Below, piece by piece: positions 11,921 to 25,439 of a DNA stretch of 64,000 bases (position 1 is the first letter of the stretch; each line of letters starts with the position of its first letter). The notes under the pieces were generated by a model that did no database searches, was not told the DNA's origin, and worked only from the letters and a program-made list of their open reading frames with translations. Source of the stretch: Stegostoma tigrinum (lineage: Eukaryota); NCBI RefSeq assembly GCF_030684315.1, contig NC_081357.1, positions 66,389,517-66,453,516 on the forward strand, in the 5' to 3' direction. The position numbers and the translations under genes are program-made.

Positions 11921-13677
11921 ATGAATGTAGAAACCAGATGGAAGATAATAAGTAGAGTAGCTTGGAATGAATGACACAATCACAGCCTAAATATGGTTTG
12001 CCATCTCATTTATACCAATGCTATAACTATCACCAACCCCAAACGGATTTCCCTCAGACTGACTAAGCCTGTTTCAAATGCTGTATCCTTTCAATATGTG
12101 AAACAACACGTTCTAATCCATGTTTAACAACAATATAACAAAAATGGCCCCAGAAATGTAAATAAATTATTTTTAGGGAGCCCAGGTGTTTGCCTTTGTG
12201 CTCCACAGGAGCACTGTGTGGTCTCCATGTGCTATCTCAGGACTTGAAAAACCCTGTCCAATGTTCACTGCCTCCCACAGGGTAACCATCTTGCCAGGTG
12301 GAGTAATCTTCTAAGCTTTCCATTGAGGAAACTGAGTCTAATGTATCCAGATTTGCTGACAATACAATGTTCACTGGAATGGTAAGCAGAGAACAGACTT
12401 TCTCGCAATCTGCTCCACAGCTCCTAACCAACTCCAGGTTCCACACCTGTATTGCAGCTCCTGACAGGCTCTATCTTTGCTGTTTTCCAACTTCATCCAA
12501 CCTAAATGCTGACTGCCAACTGCCTGAGTCTGTGAGCTGATGTGAACAGATAAAGAAAACCACCTCCTGAACCTTTCGCAGCTCATCTCCATGGCAATGT
12601 GGCATACTTTGCTCCAAACTAAAATATAAAAAATATTCTTCACCATCAGCACAATCCATTGATTATGTGATTTCATGAATGATCTATGTTGCTAATGGAG
12701 TTAACAGGGCTACATCAAGATTCCCAGATTCTAGCAAAAAAAAAGCCATTTGCAAAGGTGCTTCTTTCATCAGGAAGCCATATGAATAACATAATGTTTT
12801 AGCTGAACTAACTGAAAAAAACTACTCTCCCTACCAAGCCCTCAAAAATGGATCATCCATTGTTTAAGTCCTCTCACTTCCCACTGTGACATTAACAAAA
12901 GTCTTTAAACTGCAGTTAGCCAAGGGACTGAATTTTACACTCCCTCTGATTGGATTTAGGAGGGTGGAGCTCTTAAAGTTAATTGAAATGGAATAAAATT
13001 AATGGTCACCTGAGAACCTCATCAGGCTCCGTCAGCTATTTCAGTTGTGTCCTCGGGAGCCCCATGAAACATGGGAAGCTCAGGAAGCTGCTCAACCTGG
13101 CCTCAGTAAAGGTGAGAGCCTTTCTGTGAGTATTCTGTGCCCTTTAGTGACACCCACCTCCCCCATGTCCCCAAAATATAAAATTTTCCCCTTTACACTC
13201 TCCCCGGCCTCTGCAATGTGGTCCCCAGCACTTACACCCTCACCCTTCTTCCTGGGGCTCGTATCTGACCTTGGTAAAATCAACTACCCACTATATTGAA
13301 TTTACCACTTCTAGCCTCATTCTCTAATGGTGACTGCCTGCAATCCCAGGAGCCACTGCTTGGATCACACACATGTTGGGCATCAGAGGGCTAGCAGATC
13401 TTTGTGGAAGTACTTAATTTCCACTTCTAATCTATAAGTAATGAATTAGCCATTAACTGACAATAGGATAGTCCTTTCCATGCATGAGCTCTGCCATGAT
13501 ATTTTAACTGGTATACTCATTACAGTATCCCACAAAATATTCATCCAGGTCTACCTACCCGTTTCTCAACTCAGTAGTTCCGTTTATCTATGCTTAACTT
13601 TCAATTCCTAAACTTCTAACTGTTTTCTGATACATATGATTCATGAAATCAGATACTCGCAACACGAGGAAGGGGTG

Positions 13678-13800
13678 AAAATAAACAAAGAGAATGCTGG
13701 AGAAAATCAATCAGTCTGACAACATTTGTGGAGAGAGAAACAAAGTTAATAGTTTGAGTCCGATATGAATCTTCTTCAGAACTCTGGTGGAAAGTAAGAA
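13678..13800 (-). mobile_element. Old Penelope-derived terminal fragment
   Basis: GAATGCTGGAGAAAA..CAGTCTGACAACATTTGTGGAGAGAGAAACAAAGTTAA..CTTCTTCAGAA resembles the arms at 7883 and 25790. Decayed CTGAAGA core on the minus strand. Confidence 0.6.
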
Positions 13801-14169
13801 ATGGCAATAGGCAGTCTTAGGGATGACACAAATGATAGGTTGGAAGCTCACCTCAAACCAATTTCTACTAAGCTCCTCTCCATCAGTGTTCTTCAGGAGC
13901 AATGGCAGGAAAGTCATTCTTTGAAAAGTCTAAACAAAAACTTTGTAATCACATTACCAACACAATGAACCAACACTTGTTCGATCTTAAAAATATGCGG
14001 TTAATTATTAGCAAAGCCAGTAATGGTCTCCTATGTCAGCAAAGCTGAAAAGCTATTGGAAACATCTCAATAACCTAAATCAATGTTGTCTTGTACCTAC
14101 AATGGGCAAGTTGTCTTGTGAGAAAAGGTGTACAGGCTCGGCTGTTTCTGCTGTAGTTTGGAAGTGACT

Positions 14170-14510
14170 TAATTGAAACTAAAAAGAACCTAAGAGGTTT
14201 TAACAGGATGGGTGTCAGACAATGTTTACTCTTATTAACGTATCCAGAACTAGACGTCACCCATTTAAAACTGAGACTAGATGATTTTATTGTTATCATA
14301 GAGGATCATAAGTCTTTGGAACTCACTTCCTGAAAAGACACTGAAGCAGAATCTTTAAATATTTTTAAGGCAGGGGTGGATGATTGGGCAGAGTTGAAAG
14401 GTATTGGGATAAGCTGGAGTGTGAATTTGAAGTGACAGTCAGACCCACTACAACCTTAATAAATGGTGGTGCAAACACAATGGAGCAAATGACCTACTCC
14501 TACTCTTGTT
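14170..14510 (+). mobile_element. Degenerate CR1 3' fragment
   Basis: GACTTAATTGAAAC..., CTTTGGAACTCACTTCC..., AATGGTGGTGCAAAC..GCAAATGACCTACTCCTACTC, a CR1-like end. Confidence 0.65.
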
Positions 14511-14525
14511 TTTCTGTTCATAAAT

Positions 14526-16182
14526 TGATGCGGCGGAGGCAGAGGAATTGGGAATAGGGGATGGAATTTTTGCAGGAGGGTGGGTGGGAGGAGGTGTATT
14601 CTAGGTAGCTGTGGGAGTCGGTGGGCTTGAAATGGACATCAGTTACAAGCTGGTTGCCTGAGATGGAGACTGAGAGGTCCAGGAAGGTGAGGGACGTGCT
14701 GGAGATGGCCCAGGTGAACTGCAGCTTGGGGTGGAAGGTGTTGGTGAAGTGGATGAACTGTTTGAGCTCCTCTGGGGTGCAAGAGGCGGCGCCGACACAG
14801 TCATCAATGTACCGGAGGAAGAGGTGGGGTTTGGGGCCTGTGTAGGTGCGGAAGAGGGACTGTTCCACTTGTTCCACTAAAATTCCATCCCCTATTCCCA
14901 ATTCCTCCGCCTCCGCCGCATCTGATCCCACGACAAGACATTCCACTCCCGCACATCCCAGATGTCCAAGTTCTTCAAGGACCGCAACTTTCCCCCCACA
15001 GTGATCGAGAACGCCCTTGACCGCGTCTCCCGTATTTCCCGCAACACATCCCTCACACCCCGCCCCCGCCACAACTGCCAAAAGAGGATCCCCCTCGTTC
15101 TCACACACCACCCCACCAACCTCCGGATACAACGCATCGTCCTCCGACACTTCCGCCATCTACAATCCGACCCCACCACCCAAGACATTTTTCCATCCCC
15201 ACCCCTGTCTGCTTTCCGGAGAGACCACTCTCTCCATGACTCCCTTGTTCGCTCCACACTGCCCTCCAACCCCACCACACCCGGCAGCTTCCCCTGCAAC
15301 CGCAGGAAATGCTACACTTGCCCCCACACCTCCTCCCTCACCCCTATCCCAGGCCCCAAGATGACATTCCACATTAAGCAGAGGTTCACCTGCACATCTG
15401 CCAATGTGGTATACTGCATCCACTGTACCCGGTGTGGCTTCCTCTACATTGGGGAAACCAAGCGGAGGCTTGGGGACCGCTTTGCAGAACACCTCTGCTC
15501 AGTTCGCAACAAACAACTGCACCTCCCAGTCGCGAACCATTTCCACTCCCCCTCCCATTCTTTAGATGACATGTCCATCATGGGCCTCCTGCAGTGCCAC
15601 AATGATGCCACCCGAAGGTTGCAGGAACAGCAACTCATATTCCGCCTGGGAACCCTGCAGCCTAATGGTATCAATGTGGACTTCACCAGTTTCAAAACCC
15701 CCCCTTCCCCCACCGCATCCCTAAACCAGCCCAGTTCGTCCCCTCCCCCCACTGCACCACACAACCAGCCCAGCTCTTCCCCTCCGCCCACTGCATCCCA
15801 AAACCAGTCCAACCTGTCTCTGCCTCCCTAACCTGTTCTTCCTCTCACCCATCCCTTCCTCCCACCCCAAGCCGCACCCCCATCTACCTACTAACCTCAT
15901 CCCACCTCCTTGACCTGTCCGTCTTCCCTGGATTGACCTATCCCCTCCCTACCTCCCCACCTATACTCTCTCCACCTATCTTCTTTTGTCTCCATCTTCG
16001 GTCCGCCTCCCCCTCTCTCCCTATTTATTCCAGAACCCTCACCCCATTCCCCTCTCTGATGAAGGGTCTAGGCCCGAAACATCAGCTTTTGTGCTCCTGA
16101 GATGCTGCTTGGCCTGCTGTGTTCATCCAGCCTCACATTTTATTATCTTGGATTCTCCAGCATCTGCAGTTCCCATTATCTC
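14526..16182 (+). mobile_element. Young Penelope-like (Neptune-type) element, 5'-truncated with an inverted RT segment (14526-14868)
   Basis: The inverted part encodes FLRYIDDC..VHFKPTDSHSYL (RT). ORF 14962-15831 has a Cys linker PCNRRKCYTC and a GIY-YIG nuclease (NVVYCIHC..LYIGETKRRLGDRFAEHL..GIN). Hammerhead core at 16056-16083, followed by the terminal tail. Confidence 0.95.
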
Positions 16183-16587
16183 TAGAGTATTAAGGTACTC
16201 GGCGAAATGGTGATGAAAATCCAAAGCCGAGACCATTGTGAAAATATAAGTAAGAGTCAAATAGATGTAAGCACAAGGAAGTCCAGCATATCTCTTCATT
16301 GCCATGTTTTCCCTCAAAAATGTTATTAATATGAAATTTAATCCATAATAAACATTAAAATATATTACCTACATTTGATTGACTTCAATATATAAATTGT
16401 CTTTTGCCATTATAGTGGAATATTCTTGCTTGCCAGTATTTTATTCTTTCTTTCCTAATACTTAAGTATTACATTGATACTGGTGTTTGTTTTTCATTTT
16501 AGTTTATGAAAATGAAACATCATTACAGTTAAGTATAAAGAGTAGTCATTGATTTATACATTAAATCGAATACAATTATGATGAAAG

Positions 16588-16918
16588 GATCATAGAATTC
16601 CTACAGTGTGGAAGCTATTTATCCCATTGTGTTCCTACCATCCCCTGAAGAGTATCCCATCCAGTATCCTATCCCTGTAACCTCGCGTTTCCCATGAAAA
16701 TTCACATAGCTTGCACATCCCTGGACCCTATGGGCAATGTTAGCACAGCCAATCCACCTTAGCTACACATCTTTGGACTGTAGGTTGAAGCCAGGCCACC
16801 CGGCAGAAACCCACCCAGGTACAGGGGGAATGTGCTAACCCATCCAAGAGTAGAATCGAACCCAGATCCTTGGCGCTGTGAGGCGTCAGTGCTAATCACT
16901 GAGCTATTGTGCCACCCA
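16588..16918 (-). mobile_element. HE1-like tRNA-derived V-SINE
   Basis: Minus strand GGGTGGCACAATAGCTCAGTGATTAGCACTGACGCCTCACAGCGCCAAGGATCTGGGTTCGATTC (A/B boxes), a V-domain-like middle and a CR1-like tail. Confidence 0.85.
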
Positions 16919-17329
16919 GTAGATGAATGATGTGTTGCTGCTTCAATGTGTGGAACCAGCTGGGCACCAGTGTGAACCAAAGTGAAGACAGCTGCATTAA
17001 GTATTTGCAGTTTGAGGAACTTTGATTCCAAGGTGAAGAGTTGGAATCTAAAGTTGCAGACATTACGCAACATCAGGGAAAAAGAAAGTTACCTGGACAC
17101 TTTGTTCCAGAGGGGCAGTCACATCCCACAAGACTAGGTAATTGAAAACTGTGCTATGTTCAGGTATAGGAGATGCAAATACAGGTTTGATGAGCTGAGG
17201 TTTACAATCACTAAAAAGCTTCAGTCCATGCAATTATCCAATAGCTATGTTCTTGCAAGATGTGTGCATAGAAGTGGGGCTGAAAGGAGGATGATCAAAC
17301 TGTTACAGCAGGTTGGTACAGGGAACCAT

Positions 17330-17630
17330 TCAATTGGAGGCTGGAATAAGACTGTGGTAGGAGTAGGGGCCTGTATAATTAAGGAAAATAGATACCAATC
17401 TCTGCAGATGTGAACGGGAGTGCAAAGGTTGTGTTGCTGCCCAGAGCCAGGATTATGAACATATCCTCGGGAGAGGCAAGTAAGGGATTTGGTAGCGATC
17501 ATCCCACATTGGTACTGACAACATTGGCCGCACTAGGAAGTGGTTTCCGGTGAAAGATTTTCATAAGTTAGAAGCTAATGTGAAAAGCAGAATCTCCAAG
17601 GTGGTAATATGTGGGTTACTATCTGATTGG
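17330..17630 (+). mobile_element. CR1 ORF1 (SGNH esterase) fragment
   Basis: Decayed match to the VCCLPGAR..DI...VHIGTNDIG esterase motifs (AGGTTGTGTTGCTGCCCAGAGCCAGG; CACATTGGTACTGACAACATTGG). Confidence 0.6.
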
Positions 17631-18529
17631 TCAAGTGTTCATCTGCACCGCAGTGATGTTTAAGTGATGCCAGGAAGTATACATCCTGTTCAGCCATTCA
17701 CAATTCAGGCTTCCCAGCACCAGCAATAACAATCCTGAAGCACTGATTGAATAATTTAGTACAGCTTTCTCAGTTTTCACAGCTGTTTGGAAAAATGCAT
17801 TCATTTGAACTTGTAGTTCCCTGCTGTGTTATTGACAACTGCAGGCGAACCCATCTCCACTTTCCCTGTGCCTTTGGATTTAAAATTTAAAACTCCAGCT
17901 TTAAAGATTCTTTATGGACTCCACATCATGTTCACCAATATGTTAACTGGAAATGTGCAAATTGCTGTGTCCCTCCTTCCCACCCTCCTACTGAAAATAT
18001 CGTTATGTACTAGAGGAATCTGGCTTCTCTGTTCTTACCCTCAAGTGCTCAGGAAAGTCCGGCTTATTAACTCCCTCTCGCTCCACAAATACTGAGTCAA
18101 TCCAACAGTTTCAACTCTTAATTTTGTATTTTCTTTTGCCAAATATATCTTTGTTTTTGGAAATGGCAATTAATTTTCCTCCTTTATGTTTGCTTTATGC
18201 TAGTTAGATACTATCAGTGAGCTTTCGCTATTAGGCCCGGAAATTCATGAAATATCTCAAACCTGCAAGTCATTTTTACAATGCTTACATTATTGATTGA
18301 TTCAGTCTTATTCTACCTACCTTACGGCATGATTTACATTCTTCATTGATGTTCACGGAGGTGACTACATTTTAAAGATAGGTGCGTGTAAGAATAATTG
18401 ACTGCCAACAGTCAAAGACAACTGTGCAGGTAGTGCAGGAAGTACCCTGAGATGATATTGCTGTTTAAACAACTTTCTGTTCTGAATGCTGCTTCTTCAG
18501 AAGAATGCACCAAGAGCCAAATCCTTAAC

Positions 18530-20620
18530 ATGGCAAGTGCTGCAACTATGCAGGTGGGAAAGCAGAAGAATGGCAGACAAGCTGTAACTGTGGGTTAATA
18601 GTGGATTATTTATTTTGGGAACAGACAGGGATTTCTTTGGCTATGAACATGTTCCAAGTGCTAGAGCCAAGAATGGCTGCAGGATATTCTTCTCAGGGAG
18701 GGCAATTCGACAGAGTTCATGGCTTACATTGGTACCAAGAACCTTGGAAGGAAGAGGGAAGTGGCACTGCATATAGGAACTAGGAAGAAAATGAGCAAAT
18801 AAAACCTCAAAACTAGTAAGTGGAGAGTAATAGAATAAGAAGGAGAATACAAGAATAAGACAAATGAATAGAGGTTGAAAGAATGGTGCAGGAGGGCAAG
18901 AATTAAATTCCTTGGATACTGGGACAATGTTCCCTCTAAGCGAGCTGTGCAGCATCTCAGAAAATCTGCGCGTGGTAATCATCATGTGGACCTTTTAATT
19001 TCCAATTCAGCAAGTTGCTAGCACACACAGACTCCAGAGGCCCTCACGGCACCCAGAGAATTTAGAGTAAACATAGCACTGGGATTGGCAGTGGTGTCTT
19101 GGGATGTTCATGGACAAATTCAATTTGGCTCAGGCTAATGAACAAAAAAGGCCCAGTAATATTGCTTGGTATAGTCTATAGAACAGCAAGTACCGGGAAG
19201 GTTGCAAAGGAATTAATTTACAGCATTACAGGGTAGTTATAACGGGGGAGTTCAATGATCTGAATTTTGACTAGAATATTCACAATGCAAAGAGCAGAAA
19301 GGGGTGTGCATTCCTAGATAGTAGTTAGCAGAATTTAAGACAGTATTTTGTGTCCCATGCAATGAGAAATGAGGTAATAAATTACATGGTTCACGTAAGA
19401 GAGATGGGCCAAGTAGATTAAGTGTCAAGGAATCATTTAGGGATCGTGATTACTGTGTCCCAAGGTTGAGGCTGATGCTGAAAAAGAACAATGAACAATC
19501 AGAGTAAGAATAATTAGCTGCAGGAGAGCTGACTCTAATGGGGGTTTAAACAGAGTTGAGCTCAATAGACTGGACGTAAAGTTGGTGGGAAAACCTATAG
19601 CTGCAATGGCTACCTTCAGAGATAAGAAAGGTAGAACAAACAAATACAGAGCTATGTAGATGGATAAAGAGAAATTAAGATGTAGAATAAAAAGGAAACA
19701 TAGTTGAGAATGCAAAAGATTCAGAAGAAAGATGGAAAAGGTAGTCTTCTTTTAGTACAAACGTAGTAACGAGATGCTAAAAAGGCTAGGGCCAATTAGG
19801 GGCCAAAGAAAGGTCTAATGAAATCAGGAAGCATGGCTGAGGTATGAATAGATACTTGCAAAAATTTTCAACAAGAAAGCAGATGCTATCTGGGACATGG
19901 CAGGAGAAAAGGAAGTTCAGTAACCAGAAGGGGTCAAATTGATCAAGAGGAGGTATTGAACAGACTGAATATAAAGTGATCTGGGGTCTGCTACCTGCAT
20001 GAAAGTAAAAAAAAATTAGCATACAGTTCAGTAAGCAATCAGGAAATGTTATCAAGAAATGTTACCAAATGTTATCGAGAAACTGAATACAAAAGTAGGG
20101 AAGTTATGCTTCAGTTATACAGAGCACTGATGAGATGGCTGTGTGTTGGTCACCTTATTTAAACAGGCTCATAACTGCATTGGCGGTGATTCAGAGAAGC
20201 TTCGGTCAACCTACATCTGGATTTAACAGGTTCTCTTATGAGGAAAGGTTCAACACGTTCCAATGTCCACAGTAGTTTAATCAGCACAGTTGACTTGATT
20301 CAGATATATAAAAGATATGGTAGGTTGGAAATGGTGTTTCCTGCTGTGGGACAATCTAGAACTAAGGCTTTGTGCTAACAATCAGGGATCTCATTTTTAA
20401 AACAGACACATATTTTGCTCCTAGAGGGTTGTGAGTCTTTGGAATGTTCTTCCTGAAAAGGTGGTAGAGTAGACTACATGAATATTTTTAAAGCAAAGGG
20501 GGATAGATTCTTGTTAATCAAGGGGATGGAAGGTTGTCAAGCATAGGCAAGAATGTGGATTTGAAGCTACAATCAGATTAGCTGTAATTGAAGTCAATGT
20601 CAGAAATCCTTGTGAGACTG
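18530..20620 (+). mobile_element. Highly degenerate CR1 LINE (ORF1, APE and RT remnants)
   Basis: Esterase remnants at 18600-18930, APE motifs (GIVYR, VITGEFN, LGxSDH-like) at 19150-19460, and RT C-terminus/3' UTR at 20080-20620. Confidence 0.75.
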
Positions 20621-20624
20621 AATA

Positions 20625-21535
20625 AGACAATAAGAGATATATGCTAGATAGGCTACTTGGCCCATGGTGTCTGCTCCACCATTTGATGTTTCTTAACTCC
20701 ATCCTCCTGCCTTCTTCCCTTAACTCTTGATCTCCTTACTGATCAAGAACCTGTACATCTCTGACTTACATATGTTCAATGACCTGGCCTGCACAGCCCT
20801 CTGTGGCAGTGAGTTCCTCAGATTCACCACTCTCTGGCTAAAGAAATTCCTCCTCATCTCAGTTCTAAAGGGTCATCCCTTCGGTCTGTGGCTATGCCCT
20901 CAGGTCCTGGTCTCTCCTAATACTGGAAACATCTTCTCCACAGGCACTCTATCCAGGCCACTCAGTATTTTGTAACTTTCAATCAGATGCCCCCTCATCC
21001 TTCTAAACTCCAACAGATGTAGAGTCCCGAACTGCTCCTCATATGATAAGCCATTCATCCCCTGGATCATTTTTGTAAACCACTCCAATGCCAGCACATC
21101 CTTTCTTAGATACGCGGCCCAAAGCTGCTCACAATGTTCCAAATGGTATCTAGCCAGAGCCTCAGCAGTACAGCCTCAGCAGTATATCTCTGCTCTTGCA
21201 TTCTAGCCCTCTTGAAATGAATACTAACATTGTATTTGCCTTCCGGACTGCCAACTGGACCCACATGTTAACCTTAAGAAACTTCCTAACTAAAAACCCA
21301 AGTCCCTTTCTGCTTCAGATCTCTGAAGGTTTTCCCTATTTATAGAATTGTCTATGCCTCTATTCCTCCCCTCAAAGCACATAACCTCACACTTACCCAC
21401 ATTGCATTCCATCTGCCACTTCTCTGCCCACTGTCCTAGCCTGGCCAAATCCTTCTGCAGCCTTCCCATTTCCCGTCCCTTTACCTATATTTGTGTCATC
21501 TGCAAACTTGGCAATAATGCACTCGGTTCCTTTGT
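20625..21535 (-). mobile_element. CR1 LINE 3' fragment
   Basis: Minus ORF 20900-21142 EHCEQLWAAYLRKDVLALE..GLSYEE..EFRRMRGHLIESYKILSGLDRV. Same family as 11170-11920. Confidence 0.9.
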
Positions 21536-21734
21536 CAGGAAGAATAGAAGAAAGGAAAGGACACCATGTATTGGCTGGGAATTTAAGTCAAGTCTTCTAC
21601 ATGGCAAGCAAGGATTCCACCACAGAACCACCAATGCAAACCCTGTAAAAAAGTTACTCACTTACAGCCATGCTTTCTCTGAATGATCTATTCATGATTT
21701 ATATGTTCATGTGTATTGTCAGCACTTAAAGTTG

Positions 21735-22960
21735 ACAAGAAATGGTTGAGATGTATCCAAGATACTGAGGGAAGTAAAATTGAAAATTGCAGAGGCATTG
21801 GCCATAAATTTTGTGCTCATTAGGCTCAAGGTTGGCATCGGAGCACTGGAAAATGATAAACATTAATCCTTACTTCAAAAAGAGGTAACAATAAGACAAC
21901 AATTAAATAACACTCAGTTTATTTTCATTGGTGGGGAAACAATAATTTGGAATCATCATATGAAGAAATGTAAATTAACTAAGAAATTTAGCATGGATTT
22001 TTTAAAAGAACATCATATTTGACTAACTTAATGGAGAGCTTTGAAGAGATAACAGGACGGTCGTTGAGCATAATGCTGTCGATTTGTGCTCATGGCTTTC
22101 CAAAAGGCATTTGATACAGTGCTACAATAGAATTATAAGCAAAGATAGACGTCATAGAATAAAAGGGATAGCCACAACAGATTAAGATGGTTGAACTACA
22201 ACACTACCCTGAGGCACTCCCATAGTAATGTCCTGGTATGATATGTTTGACTTCCAATTATCACAAACATTTCCTTGTGCATAAGTCATTAAAGATGGAA
22301 AGATAGGTGGGGAGAACAGTCAATAAAATATACAGCATTCTAGGCTTTATTAATAGTGGCATAGTGTGTGAGAACAAGGAGGTTATGTTGAACTTGCAAA
22401 CACACACTAGTTTGATCTCATTTCAAGTATTGTGGACAGTTCTGGGGACCATAACTCAGCAGAATGTGAGCATCTTGGAGACAGTGCACAAAACATATAG
22501 CAGAATGGTTCCAGGTATGCGAAAAGTTATGAAGGTAATTTGGAGAAAAATGCACGGCATTCCTTGCAAAGGAGAAGGCTTAAAGGAGATTTCAAAGAAG
22601 TTTTCAAAATTATGATGGGTCAGGACAAGGTCAGTAGATACTGTGAAACTGTTACCCTCTCGTAAAAGGATTGGCGCAGGGGATAAATTGAAATGAATGT
22701 ACAAAAGAAGAAAGTGCGAAGTGAATAAAATCTTCTTTCCACAGAGCATGTTAGTGTTTGCAATGCACTGCCTGGAAACCTGGTGAATATAGATTAATTG
22801 AGGGATTCAAGAGGGCATTAAATGACTATTTGAACAGAAACAATATGCACGGTTCTGAGGAAAAAGCATGAGAATGGCACGAGGTATTAATGCTCATTCA
22901 GATAGTGAGTGCTGACATACATGGCCTAATTCTGCACCAGAAACAGTTTGTGATTCTGGG
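21735..22960 (+). mobile_element. CR1 LINE RT fragment
   Basis: Remnants of HGF..SCLTNL.E.FE and DFQKAFDTV, plus ORF 22307-22615 ILGFINSGIVCENKEVMLNL. Confidence 0.8.
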
Positions 22961-23639
22961 GCATATAGTACGATGGATATTAATACATTTTATGTGTAGG
23001 CATGGTTTAAGTTTTTGTTGATGAAAATTACAACTTGTAGCCTTTACCCCATTTAATGCTTCTTTGATTGCTTCCATATCCACTTCAAGATGCCCAGGCT
23101 TTTTGCAGGATTCATTTGTCATTCTGTCAAAAATATTAAATTGTATTTCTCTAAATAAAATGCTTGATGAATATTATAGTACAAAATAACCTCTACTGTT
23201 CCTTTACATCGAGGAAAACTTTTTACTGCAAATGTCTTTTCATCAGCAAGTATCAAAAAGCATTTTTTTAATCTTGGTGACAGTATGGATTAATCAACTT
23301 CTCAACTTGATTGAATCATCCTGATCTGATATCATCATGAACATCCTCTGCTCCTAATTATATGTTCATTTTGTACAGTGGCTGCTAATGCTTAAACCAT
23401 AGATCATTTCCAAATTATATTTCTCATTCATACATTACAGTTTTTTATGAGTTATAGTACCTTTCAATCTGTGATGTAGTCAAAATAATTCCCACTATAT
23501 ATTTTCTGTGATGATAAAATATATTCGGCCAAATATATACAAACATTGTCATAAACTTATGTTTACAACAATGTTACTGGAAAATGCTAAACAGACTTTT
23601 AGATTTAACTATATTTAACTGCTTATAGAAATTTTGTTG

Positions 23640-24020
23640 GGATGGCAGGGCTAATATATGGAGGCAGATTGGATAAGTTAGGCCTACAGCCACTGGAATT
23701 TAGAATACTCAGGGAGGATCTGAAAGAAACCTGTAAAAATTCTAACTGGACTTGACAGGTTCAATGCAGAAAGGATGTTCCCAATGCTGTCAAAGTCCAG
23801 AGCCAGTGAGCACAGTCTAAGAATGTGGGATAAGCCATTTAGGACTAAAAGGAGAAGAAGTTTCTTCATCAGGACAGTTGTGAGCCACAGAAAGCCGTTA
23901 AGGCCAAAGCATTGAATGTTATCACAAATTAGCTGGATACAGTACTTAGAGCTCAAGGGATCAAAAGGGATGGAGAGAAAGTGGGAACAGTATACTGAGT
24001 GAGATAATCAGCCATTCAAC
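23640..24020 (+). mobile_element. CR1 LINE 3' fragment
   Basis: GGCCTACAGCCACTGGAATTTAGAATACTCAGGGAGGATCTGAAAGAAACCTGTAAAAATTC..., a typical CR1 RT C-terminus. Confidence 0.8.
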
Positions 24021-25439
24021 CGGATACAATAGATGATTGTTATCAAATGGCGCAATACATTAATCAATATATTAGTCATTTGCTAAAACAGAACATTTGA
24101 TATATTGTACATGATGTACAATTATAAATATACCTTTAAAGTCTAACTGTATGAAGTGAGTCTGAATGAAATCTAAAGCAAATGGTATTAAAAGCACATT
24201 TGCTATATATGGTGCTGTTTTGTGAGAGTTCACTCAGGGAGCTGGAGTTGTAGTAGTAATGTGTACCATTACGTCTATAGCTGTGGGGGAATGAGTAATT
24301 GAATCACTAAGCATCCAGGTCAACTTCTAGGATCAAAGACAGTGCTCCCTTCCTAATAAAAAGGTATCACTTCATTTCGCCTTGGACTGAACTTTCTCAG
24401 CAATACAGATAAATCCCATAATGACTGTACATATAAAAACCCCAATTCGATGTTTGGTAGGTGGCGACATTTTGCTATACCACCTCACTAAAGAATAAAA
24501 TACATGACTGTGCATTTTCTATTGGTAGCTTCACCATGGTCCGCTACACAAGCATCTCTATCTTTTTCTGTGTAACCGGGCCCATTATATACATTTTACT
24601 GGATCCTCTGTGTGTTATCTCTGACTAGTTCCTCTATGAACACTTCTAATGACTCCAACTTATAGGTTGACTTGAAATAGCAGACTATTTCAATCTGCTG
24701 ATTCAGCTAAAAACTCTTACTCAGCCATTTATATCAACTGAGGACCATTTTTGGTTATTTTATGCAGTTTCAGCCATGGGCAGCCCTAACACATGTAGTC
24801 ATCTGGAGCTATGGATAGTGAAGGTAGAAGTTCCAACATTCTTTCCACCATATGGCTACCCAGAACTTTCTTCTACTCGTACTGCATATCATTGGTGTAT
24901 TTAGAAGGATTTGCAGGTTGATACTCATCCTGTTCGGCCATGTTATAAGCTTGACCATCAAGTTCAGGGATTCAAACCTGGAGCTCCAAGGCAGGGATGC
25001 TACCCATTGTGTCATGAGAATTCATTGAATTATGAATAGAAACTTATTTAAAATGAAAAGCTCTTCCATAAAAACGTGCATTTTTGATTTTGCTTCTCTT
25101 AAATAAAATCTTTGATTCCTTACAATGAGAGACATTATCTTGCAAGAGACTGGATTTTTGTTTTGATACTGAGAGTAATGGATACATGTTATGGACCATT
25201 TCCTGTCGTTGCATTCCAGGTTGTTTTGACACTCGTATCGAAGATCTGTCTCATGGGTGAACCCCAATTCCCTACGTCTTTAAGGTGTGGCCATCTTAGC
25301 TTTAAGTTTAGGCAAACTTTCAGAAGTGTGCCCAAGATAATAAAGGAAAAAATCCACTTAGCTTATTCCTTTAGCTATTAAATGTATTGTGGCAACTGCA
25401 AAAGCCCTCTCTTATCTTTAAGGACTAAATATTTCTGAA

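Noticed and set aside
12325-12390. Exon-like stretch ending in GTAAGC
   Set aside because: It translates as EETESNVSRFADNT, a small CR1 RT (FADD motif) fragment.
14518-15159. 213-aa minus ORF and the other antisense or alternative-frame ORFs over Penelope copies
   Set aside because: Chimera of antisense sequence and the inverted RT fragment. Open frames are expected in C-rich repeat sequence.
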